A DNA stretch of 64,000 nucleotides from Phycisphaeraceae bacterium (GCA_963674705.1 OY771506.1:2624001-2688000), one strand, 5' to 3'. Shown: positions 1 through 12,300, counted from the first letter of the stretch. Notes: generated from the letters alone by a model not told the origin. Numbers and translations are program-made.

Positions 1-89
1 CCCTGCATGTGCAACCGGGCGGCGGCGGAACGCTGCTGCGCCCACTTACGCTCAACCCCACAACTCCCTCTCAACACACCAACTCCCCA

Positions 90-117
90 CGAAGCCCACG
101 TTCGCCGAACGTGGGCC
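90..117. repeat. REP-like palindrome family A (CGAAGCCCACGTTCGCCGAACGTGGGCC)
   Basis: Identical copy at ~2322-2349 and a degenerate copy at ~4309-4336. Forms a hairpin. Confidence 0.8.
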
Positions 118-193
118 GGTTGTTTTTAGTGATAAAGCAGAAAACGCAGAAAAGCAGAAAATAAAATCCCCAATCCCCAACCCCCCAAAATCC

Positions 194-229
194 ACCCGGA
201 CCTTCGCTTCGCTCAGAACCGGCGTTGGG
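194..229. repeat. REP-like family B (ACCCGGACCTTCGCTtCGCTCAGaACCGGCGTTGGG)
   Basis: Second copy at 54032-54067 with 2 mismatches. IS3 is inserted immediately beside it. Confidence 0.75.
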
Positions 230-306
230 GGGGCAAAGAGCTGGTCCCCAAATCTTGGACAGCCGGTTAAAGTGGGCTGGTCTGCAGATTTGAAAGGACT
301 TACTTG

Positions 307-588
307 ATGAGCAAGCGACGACGATTTACGGCTGAATTCAAGGCGAAGGTGGCGCTGGAGGCGCTGCGTGGCGAGTTGACGGTGGCGGAGATCGCCAAGA
401 AGTACGACGTGCATCCGAACATGATCGGCGGGTGGAAGAAGCTGCTGGCACAGGAGGCGGCCCAGCTTTTTGCCCGTGGCGGCGGCAAGGACCCGCAGGC
501 ATCCGACGAGCAGATCAAAGAGCTGCACGCGAAGATCGGCGAGCTGACCATCGAGAAGGACTTTTTAAAAAAAGGGTTGGGGCTTTGA
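307..588 (+). CDS. IS3 transposase OrfA (HTH)
   Basis: RRRFTAEFKAKVALEA...IAKKYDVHPNMIGGWKK is an HTH_Tnp_1-type sequence. AAGGA RBS upstream. Confidence 0.93.
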   Translation: MSKRRRFTAEFKAKVALEALRGELTVAEIAKKYDVHPNMIGGWKKLLAQEAAQLFARGGGKDPQASDEQIKELHAKIGELTIEKDFLKKGLGL

Positions 589-1448
589 GCCACGGCCGCC
601 GCTGCGACATGGTCGAACCCAAGCACCCCGAGCTGAGCATCGTGCGTCAGTGTGGGCTGGTGTCGATCAGCCGATCGTCGTTTTACTTTTCAGGCAAAGG
701 CGAGAGCCCGTTGAACCTGAAGCTGATGCGTCTGATCGACCGACAGTTCCTGTGCACGCCGTTCTACGGCAGCCGGCAGATGATGCGTTGGTTGCGTCGG
801 CTTGGCTACAACGTCGGCCGCAAGCGTGTGCGTCGATTGATGCGCCAGATGGGTTTGACGCCGATCTACCAGGCCCCGAAGACCAGCGTCAAATGCCTTG
901 AAAACAAGGTGTATCCGTACCTGCTGCGGAATCTGAAGATTGATCAGCCGGGTCATGTGTGGTGCGCCGACATCACATACATCCCGATGCGACGCGGCTT
1001 TTTGTACCTCGTTGCGGTCATGGACTGGCACAGCAGGAAGGTGCTGGCCTGGCGATTGAGCAACACGATGGAAGCGTCATTCTGCGTCGAGGCGTTGGAA
1101 GAAGCGCTGAGCAAGCACGGCCCGCCGCAGATCATCAACACCGATCAGGGCAGCCAGTTCACCGGCCTGGAATGGACCGAAACAGTGAAGAGCGCGGGCG
1201 CGAAGGTATCGATGGACGGCAAAGGCCGATGGATGGACAACGTGTTCATCGAACGTCTGTGGCGGAGCCTGAAGTACGAATGCGTGTACCTGCACGCGTG
1301 GGACAGAGGCAGCGAAGCTCGCGCCGGGATCAATGAATGGCTGCGGTTCTACAACACCGAGCGTCCGCACTCGACACTCGCTGGACGGACGCCGGACGAA
1401 GCGTATGATGGAAAACCTATAACCGGACCGCCGCTGGCCGCGGCATAA
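567..1448 (+). CDS. IS3 transposase OrfB (DDE/rve), fused to OrfA by -1 frameshift
   Basis: Slippery AAAAAAAG at 567-574. DDE triad in WCADITY, NTDQGSQF and FIERLW. YNTERPHSTL C-terminal motif. Confidence 0.93.
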   Translation, partial: KKRVGALSHGRRCDMVEPKHPELSIVRQCGLVSISRSSFYFSGKGESPLNLKLMRLIDRQFLCTPFYGSRQMMRWLRRLGYNVGRKRVRRLMRQMGLTPIYQAPKTSVKCLENKVYPYLLRNLKIDQPGHVWCADITYIPMRRGFLYLVAVMDWHSRKVLAWRLSNTMEASFCVEALEEALSKHGPPQIINTDQGSQFTGLEWTETVKSAGAKVSMDGKGRWMDNVFIERLWRSLKYECVYLHAWDRGSEARAGINEWLRFYNTERPHSTLAGRTPDEAYDGKPITGPPLAAA

Positions 1449-1508
1449 ACCCGTTGGCCCACCTTATTCAGGCCAACCGGCTGTCCAAGATTTGGGGACC
1501 AGCTCTCA

Positions 1509-1629
1509 AAGCCATTAGCCTTTAGCAATTAGCCATTAGCAATACAATTCCTACACCCTACACCCTACACCCTACACCCTACACCCTACACCCTACACCC
1601 TACACCCTACACCCCACACCCCACACCCC
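1509..1629. repeat. Heptamer tandem repeats: TTAGCCA-like units followed by about 11 copies of CCTACAC/CCCACAC
   Basis: Directly visible tandem array. Confidence 0.9.
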
Positions 1630-1707
1630 TCGCAAGCCTCACTTCTCAAGCCTCGAGCCTTTTCCCTATACTGCTTTTCTCAGCCATCCACTTTGGAGTC
1701 CCACACC

Positions 1708-2232
1708 ATGCGCGCCTCGCTCGTCCTCACCATCCTCGGCCCGGACCGCACCGGACTCGTCGGAGCTATCGCCGACACCGTCGCTCAACACGACGCCAAC
1801 TGGCTCGAATCCAGCATGGCAAGATTGGCCGGCAAGTTCGCCGGCGTTCTTCGCGTCGATGCGCCGATCGAAAACATCCAGCCTCTCACCGATGCGCTCA
1901 ATAAACTCCGCGCTCAAGGCCTCACCGTCGTCGTCGAATCAACCGACGATCAAACCGCCGACGCCGAAGCACGCGTACTCAACCTCCACCTCATCGGCCA
2001 CGACCGCCCGGGCATCGTCCGCGATATCTCCCGTGCACTCGTCCAGCGCGGCGTCAACGTCATCGACTTCCACACCGAAGTCATCAGCGCTCCCATGACA
2101 GGCGAACCGCTTTTCCAGGCCGACGCCATCCTCCACGCCAACCCCGACACACCCCTCGACGACCTGCGCGACTCCCTCGACCGCATCGCCAACGAACTCG
2201 ACCTCGACCTGCACCTCGAAGAAGCCGACTGA
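1708..2232 (+). CDS. gcvR: ACT-domain protein, glycine cleavage system transcriptional repressor (GcvR-like)
   Basis: Two ACT domains (LTILGPDRTGLV, LIGHDRPGIV). NWLESSMARLAGKFAG and SAPMTGEPLF motifs. Confidence 0.85.
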   Translation: MRASLVLTILGPDRTGLVGAIADTVAQHDANWLESSMARLAGKFAGVLRVDAPIENIQPLTDALNKLRAQGLTVVVESTDDQTADAEARVLNLHLIGHDRPGIVRDISRALVQRGVNVIDFHTEVISAPMTGEPLFQADAILHANPDTPLDDLRDSLDRIANELDLDLHLEEAD

Positions 2233-2524
2233 TTGAAGTTCCACAACACAACACACAACAAAGTCCACCCACATCCCCGTGGACTTTTTTCATGCGCACA
2301 ACCTCCACAACTCACCACCCCCGAAGCCCACGTTCGCCGAACGTGGGCCTTCCCCTGCAACAACCACACAATCCACCTTCCCGATGCGCACAACCTCGTC
2401 CACATCCCCATCAATAGAACCTATTCACCAACCACCACAACACCCCCCCCCAAAAAAAAAACACCACGCAAAATCCCACCAACACCCTTGTTCAACCAAA
2501 GCTGTTGTCTGTACCCTACACCTC

Positions 2525-3004
2525 ATGCCCTGTTATCTCTTCACCTTCCACGCATACCTGTCGTGGCTCCCTGATCGTAAACAAGGCTACGTCCAGCGCC
2601 ACAAAGGCATCCTCCCACCCGATCCCGGCAAGGCCGATCAATATCGGCGCAACGCCAAAGACAGCCCCGTCTGCTTCAATGCAACCATTCAACGCATCAT
2701 ACTCGCCGAAACGCATCGCTCCGTCGAACGCAGCCGCTTCCGTCTCCACGCCATCGCCCTCGATCCTTCCCACGCCCACATCCTCATCAGTTGGAACGAC
2801 ACCCGGCCAGTCAAATCGGTCCGATCAAACCTGAAGTCTTCTTTGTCACGCAGATTGAATAAAGACCTGGGTAAACGCCAATGGTTCGTCGCCAACGCAA
2901 GCCAGAAACGCATCAAAGACCAGACACACTTCGACCACCTGGTCCACACCTACCTGCCCGATCATCGAGGCCTGTTCTGGTCTGAAGGCAAACAAAAGTC
3001 TTGA
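2525..3004 (+). CDS. REP-associated tyrosine (HUH/Y1) transposase, RAYT-like, copy 1
   Basis: N-terminal YLFTFHAYxSWLP, HUH motif HAHIL, W-F motif and a late Tyr (HTYL). Flanked by palindromic repeats. Confidence 0.75.
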   Translation: MPCYLFTFHAYLSWLPDRKQGYVQRHKGILPPDPGKADQYRRNAKDSPVCFNATIQRIILAETHRSVERSRFRLHAIALDPSHAHILISWNDTRPVKSVRSNLKSSLSRRLNKDLGKRQWFVANASQKRIKDQTHFDHLVHTYLPDHRGLFWSEGKQKS

Positions 3005-3013
3005 CGACACAAA

Positions 3014-3342
3014 AACCGTCGCGTGTGACGCGACGGCTATTTAAATATTGCATATTCACTTCACCCGCAATTAGACTTCACCCCCTGCAAGTTCTTCCAT
3101 TCACCCCCCGCATCACCCCTTAGACCGTTTTCAAACCAGGTGTAGCGTTCCATGAACCGTGTATCATCCCCTTGCTATGACAAGCACTGCTATTGATCCT
3201 TTGCATAAACAAGTACCATCATCCACGCGCCCAATGAATCCCCGGACGTGGATCCCCGCGTGCGCGGGGATGACATCAAACAGGGCGGTCAAACGATACA
3301 GTTGGATTGAAAACGCTATAGCCGCCGCGTCACACGCGGCGG
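3014..3342. repeat. Inverted pair of REP family C (ATAGCCGyCGCGTCACACGCGrCGG), enclosing a family E palindrome at 3249-3274 (TGGATCCCCGCGTGCGCGGGGATGAC)
   Basis: 3014-3040 and 3318-3342 are reverse complements with compensatory stem changes. Confidence 0.8.
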
Positions 3343-3459
3343 ACATGTCATACGCGACGGACTCCCCCAACTTCCCCGAACCCAACCCCACCCCAATCTC
3401 CACTTCCCCAACTCACCCGCGAGCCGCGACGTGCCGTCGCGGTCTTTATCTGCGATACA

Positions 3460-4119
3460 TCACAACACTCGTCGCCGCAGCAGGGCTGGGACAACAAACG
3501 TTAATAGCGAAAATGACGTAGGTTCGGGGATGGTGAACTTGGCTAGGAAGGCATCGTGGCCTCCCGCGTTGGTCCCGCCGAGGTTGCCGTAGGTTTGCCC
3601 ACTGATGTAGACGTTACCTAATGTGTCCACATCCACAGAAAAGCTGTTATCGAAACTCGCCGAACCGATCTGCGTGGACCACAGCTCAGTTCCCGACGGA
3701 TCATATTTGACCAGGAAGGCGTCACTGCCCGACGAGCCGGAGCCGCCAAGGATGCCGGCGGTCCACCCGCTGATGTACGCGTTACCTGTTGGGTCTACGG
3801 CCACGGCATAGCTGCCATCAGGTTGTGTCGAGCCGATCTGAGCAGACCACAACTCCGTCCCTGATGGGTCGAACTTGGTCAGGAAAGCGTCCACGTCTCC
3901 CGTGTTAGTCCCGCCCAGACTCCCTTCGGTGTACCCGGTGATAAAAGCGTTGCCTGCCGAGTCCACGGATACAGAATAGCAGTTGTCATAACTTGGCGTG
4001 CCGACCTGCGCAGTCCACTCGACTTGATACGGCTGTTCTGTGGCATTGGCGTGCGACATCGTACCCAACCACAGGACCAGGCAGGTGCCGACGATTAACA
4101 AGCCCCGTGTCATATTCAT
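3460..4119 (-). CDS. SBBP beta-propeller repeat protein with PEP-CTERM
   Basis: Signal peptide. Three VxVDxxGNxYIxGxT...DAFLxK repeats. C-terminal IPEP-TM-RRR. Confidence 0.9.
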   Translation of the reverse strand: MNMTRGLLIVGTCLVLWLGTMSHANATEQPYQVEWTAQVGTPSYDNCYSVSVDSAGNAFITGYTEGSLGGTNTGDVDAFLTKFDPSGTELWSAQIGSTQPDGSYAVAVDPTGNAYISGWTAGILGGSGSSGSDAFLVKYDPSGTELWSTQIGSASFDNSFSVDVDTLGNVYISGQTYGNLGGTNAGGHDAFLAKFTIPEPTSFSLLTFVVPALLRRRVL

Positions 4120-4467
4120 CCTGTTTTCCCCGCATCAATAAGTAGATGTACTTCCGTCAAGTGGATTCACTTAATCCTTAGATTAGAACATGTTAGGCCG
4201 AAATACTATGGTTTATTGTTGCTCGTGTTATTCTGATTGAGTGAAACTGGGTAAACCACTGCACCACGTGATGAGTTTATATCCCTGATACCTCACTCTG
4301 ACAGCCCTCGAAGCCCACTTTCATCGAAGGTTGGCCTCAAAAAACCGCGGCGACACGCCGCGTCTCGCAGGTGAGTATGTTTGCGTGTGTATGCAATGCG
4401 AGCCGCGACGTGTCGTCGCGGTGTGATCATTTACACCCCTCACGTCAATGAATAAAATGTCCCCATC

Positions 4468-4983
4468 ATGAAACAGCACCTCGATCCGGCGAGGACCACC
4501 TGGCACATCACCTTTGGTACTTACGGCACACGTCTACATGGCGATATCCGCCCAACCGTCGACCGCAACCACAACAAGCCCGGCCAACCCTTCATCCATC
4601 ACGACCCCGGCCGCGCCAAAGACGAACGTGACAAAATGAGCGGCGATCCGATCCACCTCACTGCACCCCAGCGTGCCGTCATCGAAACCATCATCCCCGA
4701 AATCTGTAAACGCGGTGGCTGGACCTACCGCATCTGCGCTGCACCCAACGAGGCCGATCACGTTCATGTTTTGCTTGATGCCGAGCGTTCAATAGACCCG
4801 GATCGAATCATGATGTGGCTTAAACGCTGGCTCGGTGAAGCACTCACCAACCGCTGGTCCAAACCCCTCAGCGGCACCTGGTGGGCCAAAGGCGGATCAA
4901 CACCGCCGGTTAAAGACCAACAATATCTCAACAACGCCTACCACTACATCCGCCGCCAACGCACCCTCCCGCAATCCGAATAA
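4468..4983 (+). CDS. REP-associated tyrosine (HUH/Y1) transposase, RAYT-like, copy 2
   Basis: WHITFGTYGTRLHGD, HUH motif DHVHVLL, WWAKGGS and catalytic-type Tyr in NAYHYIRRQ. REP doublets on both sides. Confidence 0.88.
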   Translation: MKQHLDPARTTWHITFGTYGTRLHGDIRPTVDRNHNKPGQPFIHHDPGRAKDERDKMSGDPIHLTAPQRAVIETIIPEICKRGGWTYRICAAPNEADHVHVLLDAERSIDPDRIMMWLKRWLGEALTNRWSKPLSGTWWAKGGSTPPVKDQQYLNNAYHYIRRQRTLPQSE

Positions 4984-5160
4984 ATCGCCTCAACGCATCA
5001 CCACAACACCGCGGCGACACGCCGCGTCTCGCGGGAAAACATATGTCTGCACGTAATGCGAGCCGCGACGTGTCGTCGCGGTCTTCTGCCTTCAATCGGC
5101 TTGTGATTTTCAAATGAAAATGCCCGAACTGAGGAAGTGGGGCGGCAATACCATTTTTTA

Positions 5161-5194
5161 CACCCGACACCCGACACCCGACACCCGACACCCG
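5161..5194. repeat. Heptamer tandem repeat (CACCCGA), about 5 copies
   Basis: Directly visible; abuts a family D REP. Confidence 0.85.
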
Positions 5195-5389
5195 CGAGCC
5201 GCGGCGTGCCGCCGCGGTCTTTGCCCTCACCACACTCTCCCCCTCACCGCGTCCCCCGCCTCCCACGCTTCTTACCCACCCCCAGCGGCGCCACCAGCTT
5301 TTCATACAACCCAAACAAATACTCAAACCGTCTCCGCTCATCCGGAAAATCTAATATCGCATGTGAATTTATCAGGTTATACTCAAGCT

Positions 5390-6721
5390 ATGATCAACAA
5401 GCCGCCTCACTTCATCGTTGATGAAAACGATCCGTTCGACGGAGACCCGCTTGATCGGAAGTTATGTGCAGAAAACCTGACGCGATTGATCGCTGGTAGC
5501 GAGACACCTTTGGTGATGTCTGTCAGCGCACCCTGGGGACAAGGCAAGACCACTTTCATCAAGATGTGGCAAGCACACCTAAAACTCCAGGGATATACAA
5601 CGATCTATTTTGACGCGTGGGAAAATGATTTTGCCGATGACCCGCTGATCTCATTCATAGGCGCGTTGGATGATTTGGTTGAACAGGCAGGCGATGGGCC
5701 AACGGTCATTAAAGCGGCGTATGACAAGGTCAAAAAGGGGATCGTTAAAGTTGTCAAAGCCTCTCCAAAAGTTGCTTTAAATTGGGCACTCAAAGGAGGG
5801 ATGCATTACATCACGGACGACGATCCTAACGCGGCCGATGAGATTGAGGCGGTATCAAGTCTGGCCGCCAATATGATGGTGGCAGAGTTAAATAAGCAGA
5901 AGTCTGTTCGCAAGCAAATAGACGACTTCAAAAAAAGCCTCGCCGAGTTTGCTGCGGTCGCATCATCCAATGGCAAGCCACTCGTTGTATTCATTGACGA
6001 ATTGGACCGCTGCCGGCCGGATTACACAATCGAACTACTCGAGCGAATCAAGCACCTGTTTTCAGTCGAAGGCGTCATCTTCATTCTTTCGGTTGACCGT
6101 GACCGCCTCGGTTGCGCTGCAGCGAGCCAGATCGGATTCAGTAACGCTGACGGTGGGGCGGATGCTGACGGGTATCTCAGGCGATTTATAGATTTGGATT
6201 ACTATTTACCTGAACCTAGAAGCGCACAGTATTTCAGCTACTGTGGTGACAATATTGCACTTAGTGATTGTTACAAGGGCTATTTTTTAGAGGACTGGAA
6301 ATTCTATGGCTTGTTTGCAAATTATCTTGGCTTGAGTCTTCGTGTTCAGCAACAAATCGTTGGGCAACTGAAGGTTGTTTCAGATGCCTATCCTGATATA
6401 GGTGAGTTGTATGCTAAGACGGTACTATTATATTTGCTCATTTCTACGCAAAATCGGGGGCTTGCCTACGATGCTTTGCATGATCGAAATAACGGTTTAT
6501 CAAGAGTCGATGATATGTTGAACAAGTTCATTAAATCATTTGCCGAGGACACGCGAGATAGGGCGGGCGCTGAGTGGATAAAGTACACGAATGATCGAGT
6601 GATTAAAGGCGAGGCCGGGGATAAGGAGGTTGTTCTGATGCCAATACGTCCACAAAAACTCGCCAATACACGAGAGATGCTATGGCGAATGATAGACTTC
6701 AGTGAGCAATTTCGATTGTAA
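5390..6721 (+). CDS. KAP-family P-loop NTPase
   Basis: DPLDRK N-terminal motif, Walker A APWGQGKTT, FDAWEND, Walker B VFIDELDRC and YLRRFID. Start assigned to ATG 5390; the longer ORF runs through repeats. Confidence 0.9.
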   Translation: MINKPPHFIVDENDPFDGDPLDRKLCAENLTRLIAGSETPLVMSVSAPWGQGKTTFIKMWQAHLKLQGYTTIYFDAWENDFADDPLISFIGALDDLVEQAGDGPTVIKAAYDKVKKGIVKVVKASPKVALNWALKGGMHYITDDDPNAADEIEAVSSLAANMMVAELNKQKSVRKQIDDFKKSLAEFAAVASSNGKPLVVFIDELDRCRPDYTIELLERIKHLFSVEGVIFILSVDRDRLGCAAASQIGFSNADGGADADGYLRRFIDLDYYLPEPRSAQYFSYCGDNIALSDCYKGYFLEDWKFYGLFANYLGLSLRVQQQIVGQLKVVSDAYPDIGELYAKTVLLYLLISTQNRGLAYDALHDRNNGLSRVDDMLNKFIKSFAEDTRDRAGAEWIKYTNDRVIKGEAGDKEVVLMPIRPQKLANTREMLWRMIDFSEQFRL

Positions 6722-6931
6722 TTGTCTGTCTTTGTGGGTAAGGATTGCTTGGATCAAACCTAATCGCTTACATACACCCCGCACCCGCGCATAAAAAAAC
6801 GACAACCTCGCTGTGGGCGGCAAGGCTGCCGATAGGGGGAATGATTTGCCTGGAAGGGGGTTCCAAGCGGCCCGGAAGATTTTGGGGAGGGAGGGATTCG
6901 GTAGGGGGGGTATCCGGGGGGGATGGATCCC

Positions 6932-6950
6932 TGACAGGTGAACAGTTGGG
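6932..6950 (-). other. 3' arm of the 16S precursor processing stem
   Basis: TGACAGGTGAACAGTTGGG is complementary, with one wobble, to CCCAACTGTTCACTTGTCA at ~8848-8866 in the leader. Confidence 0.75.
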
Positions 6951-7053
6951 TACTTTCGCATCATGTTGCCATGGTGCTATCCGGCGAGGCCGGTTAAGAA
7001 TGCGTTGACAGATTCGTGTCACAGATCGCTCTGTGAGCACGATCTAAGGTATC

Positions 7054-8569
<1,516 letters not shown>

Positions 8570-8925
8570 ATTATCGTTGACACCCGCTTACGCGGGGAGG
8601 TCTTCGAATAGAAGGTTTGGTCCGAAAATCCTGATAAATCAGGACCGGTCCAGACATACCTGGATAAACCAGGTACGCCGTCCATCGGCGGCAAACCGAT
8701 GGTTGTTCGTCCGATCCTCAATATGCTTTGCAGCATTCACAAGGGATCAGACATGCCTGCCGGGTGAAGACCGACAGACATTGGGGGTTTTAACCTCACG
8801 ACCTGGCATGTGAGCACCAGGCCCTAAGGCCACATTCTTACAGCATTCCCAACTGTTCACTTGTCAAAGATCGATCCGTCGTCGTTACGACGACTGGCCC
8901 TTGTCTTACGACTTGAGGGCCGCGT

Positions 8926-8953
8926 AGTTTAGACATCTTTTTCAAGCTGTCAA
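8926..8953 (-). promoter_or_regulatory. rRNA promoter (proximal)
   Basis: TTGACA-16bp-TAAACT, followed by a boxA-like GATCTTTGACAA near 8863-8874. Confidence 0.75.
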
Positions 8954-9039
8954 GGCCAGATCGTTGCCGGGCGGCAACTTTCGGCAGTGCCATCGGATAC
9001 GTGTCCTCCAAGCGGGGCACCGTCCAAGGCAGAAAGACT

Positions 9040-9068
9040 ATTAGAACACGGTTCAGATGACGTGTCAA
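9040..9068 (-). promoter_or_regulatory. Possible distal rRNA promoter
   Basis: TTGACA-17bp-TCTAAT with an AT-rich tract upstream (9128-9167). Confidence 0.5.
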
Positions 9069-9313
9069 GTCGGTCAAGACGCCATAAACCCGCATGATTA
9101 AAGATGTGTATAAACCCGCCGCGTGGCATATAATTTATTATAAATTAAGTATTTAAATGCAATTAAGCGTGTGCTGAAATGCGCCGCCCTTAATCACGGA
9201 CAGATTATCGGCTTCACCCACGATTCGATTCCAGATAAATGCATGATTTGAAGCTGATTTTTTTTAAGGTCTTTGACTTCCGCATGACCATGCTTCGAAA
9301 ACAACATAAACAC

Positions 9314-9346
9314 AAAAAACCGGCCAAAGCATGAGCTTGGCCGGTT
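9314..9346 (-). terminator. Rho-independent terminator of the GH128 gene
   Basis: AACCGGCCAA/TTGGCCGGTT stem with a U-tract on the minus strand. Confidence 0.75.
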
Positions 9347-9377
9347 CGTGTCTTAAAAGCTGCCGCAGGGCTTATCG

Positions 9378-12300
9378 TTACTTCGTGGTTTTGTACTCAA
9401 AAGCATCAACGATGATCTCGGTGCCCGACGATCGATCGTGCTTGTCACCGCGTACGCGGATCATCAGTGTGTGTTCGCCGTGCGGCAATTCTTCGGATTC
9501 ATACACCAGCGTATCGTAGCCCGTGTAGTCGCTGAAGCAGTCCGCGGTATGCACGAGCTTGCCATCAAGCAGGATGTCGACTTTGCCCAGGTCGTTTCGC
9601 TGATAGCCGAAGTAACGTATCTGGCTGCCGGTGAAGGTGAACGTGGCGGTAGCGTCCTTGCTTTCGCTGTAGTGTTCGGAATAGTTATAGCTTGGGTTTT
9701 GCGTATAGGTTCCCCACGTGCCTTCGTAGACCACGCTCTTGTCGGTATCATCGACTTTGATCCACTTGCCGGGCGAGGTGGTGATGAATGGGGTCATTTC
9801 ACTTCTATTGCCTGCCGCATCGCGTGAGGTGATCGCGTAGGTATAGTGCTTGCCGACCTCAACGTCTTTGTCGATATATTGTGTATCTGTAATCCCGGTA
9901 GCAACCGCGTTAAACACATCATCATTCTCAACTGCGCGGAACACGTCATAACCAGCCAGATCGATCTCGTTGCTGCCGGTCCATGTCACTTTGATCTGAT
10001 CCAGATCTGTCTCGACAGCTACGCCACCAGGTGCAGCAGGCGGAGTCTTGTCCGGCTCATCTGATAGCACCTCAAACACATCGATAATCCCCCGTGCATC
10101 AAAAGCCTTGGGATTTTTTCGACCGGTCAGTTTGACGGTGATCGTGTGCTCGCCGTCCGACAAATCGGTTGCTTCAAACAATCGCATGTGTCTGCGCAAG
10201 CTGCCGTGATACGCATCGACCTCCGCGACGGGTTTGCCGTCGAGCGAAACCTCGAGGATGCCCATCGTGTCACGGATGAAGCCGTAGTAGCGGATGCCCC
10301 GCCCTGTAAACGTCAGGCTCGCTTCGCTGCCCGGCGTCTGGCTGACATATTCCAGCCAGCGGTCGCGCGGGTCGGTGCGCCACTCGCCCGAGTATTCAAT
10401 CGCATCATCACGGCTGGAAACCCGCACCCAGTTAGCCGGGAAAGCGGTCTCTTCATTGCTGAATGCGCTCTTGTTACCGGCCATGTCAACGCTGCGGACG
10501 ACGTAGTAATAACGCGTTTGTTTCTCGACCGTGCTGTCCGAGTACGTGAAGGTTTTAACGCCGTCGGCGATCAATTCATAAGGCCCGCCTTCCTTTGTGC
10601 TTCGGTGGATCTCGTAATGATCGAAGTCGGACTCCGGACCGGTGCTCTTCCAGTCCAAGCGGACGATGCCTTCCGCTTCGCGCGCACGCAGCCAGAACGG
10701 CGCATCGGGCGCCATGTTGTCCGTCTCGCCGACTTCCGCGCCCGGCAGATAAGGTTTGATTACACGCCACTGCACATCGGCGCTTGGCTCGCCCGGTGTT
10801 GCCAGCGTGAGTTGTTCGTCGCGCTGGTTGAAGCAAAGTCGTTTCCCGCTGGCTGGATTCTCAAGGAAAAACCAGCCGTGCTCATGCGGCGTGAAGACCC
10901 ATTCAACACTTCGACCACGTGCATCCTTCGGGAACATAGCCGGTGCATCACCCTTAACACCAAGCCGCTTATCGCCGTCACGTGAAACAATGTAATACCG
11001 TTCGCTGCCCGCATGCACCAGATACCAGTTCGTGTCCGGATGAATGTCCGTGATCGTTGTCATGCCTGGTTCGCCATCGGTCACGTTGAGTCTTTGATTG
11101 CTGGCCTTGTTGTGCAGGTAATACCACATGCCGGGGTGTATCCCCGTGTCCGCATCCCATGCGCCATACAGCCTGCCAAGCGGGCGCAGTGTCAGTCGAT
11201 CGATCTCCCACGGCGCGCCCGGTTTGCCGTTCGGCCAATCCACCGCGAAGGGGAAGAAGAAGTAACGATCGATATGTTCAGCGTTCTCCATGCGGTACAC
11301 GACTTCAGACATCCACGTATACACCTGTTCGTCAGTCCACGGCGCGGGCCCGCCCCAGTTGACGATGTTCCACTCCGTCAGCCAGATCGGTTTGTGATAA
11401 CGATCGTATGCCCCACGGACATGGTTCATGAACTGGTTGGCGAATGGTCCGCTTGTGATGTAGTAATGCACTGCGGTGATATCAAAACGGTAGTGGTTTT
11501 GTTCAGCCGGCGTAAACCACTGATTCGCCCAGCCGTTGTTCCAGTTCGATGGACAGAGACTCGCCAGCGGTAAGTCAATCGCTTCAAGCGCGCTCCACAT
11601 CTGCAGCGTCCGCTGAACCGATAAATCAGACTGGTCCGTATGGTCCGGCTCATTGAAGCCCATCAAGTAAACCGGCTCAGCGGTAGAGTACCACTCAGCT
11701 TGGCGCAGCGCCATCTGCTCCCAGTGATTGTTGCCCCAGAGCATCGGCTGATGTTGTAGGTTCGGCGGATTGTCCCCGGCCGGCTCAAGCCCCCAGTTGT
11801 AAACACTCGCCGCACGCATACTGTTGATGTGCGGGCCCGCCCCTTGCTCAGCAAGACCCTTCTTCGGATAGTGATTGTAGTAGACGATCTTCCACGTGTT
11901 CTTTTTGTCTTTCTTAACCGGTTTCTGTACGAGCCTCTTGCCGGACCCATCGACCGCTAGCGCCAGGCCACTGTGAACATTGACCAGTTGTTTTAATTCG
12001 TTGTCCGCATCCTTAATTGTCCATAGCTGATAATCAAGTGCGTGGTATTTACCTTCACGAATCGCCGCGCCCGACTTCATGGAAGCATCCGCAACCTCCA
12101 GGCATTGATTGGTGCCACGATTGACAATGCGGTAGTAGTCAGTGCCAATCAGGTTAAGCAGATGGTACTGCTGATTCTCCTTGCCTTGAGATGCATCTAG
12201 CACCAGCTTGTCGTCACTGAAGCTGATGATCTTTCCGCTCTTCGGTTGTGTAATCAGATAAAGGTCATCATCGAAAGTGCTGTATCGTGTCTGGCTTGGC

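Larger units (their letters stand above)
237..1506 (+). mobile_element. IS3-family insertion sequence, apparently intact
   Basis: Perfect 32-bp terminal inverted repeats: AGAGCTGGTCCCCAAATCTTGGACAGCCGGTT at 237-268 and its reverse complement at 1475-1506. 3-bp CAA target duplication at 234-236 and 1507-1509. orfA/orfB organisation. Confidence 0.95.
3419..5218. repeat. REP family D (GCGAGCCGCGrCGTGyCGyCGCGGT), six copies including two inverted doublets flanking RAYT copy 2
   Basis: Copies at 3419-3443, 4344-4368 (rc), 4398-4422, 5008-5032 (rc), 5058-5082 and 5194-5218. Confidence 0.9.

Noticed and set aside
5114..5389. N-terminal extension of the KAP ORF
   Set aside because: It translates heptamer repeats and a REP. 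The KAP-like sequence begins at ATG 5390.
10974..10989. parS-like sequence (..TCACGTGAAACA); also TGTTCCACGT at ~32261
   Set aside because: Only partial matches to the 16-bp palindrome, with four or more mismatches.
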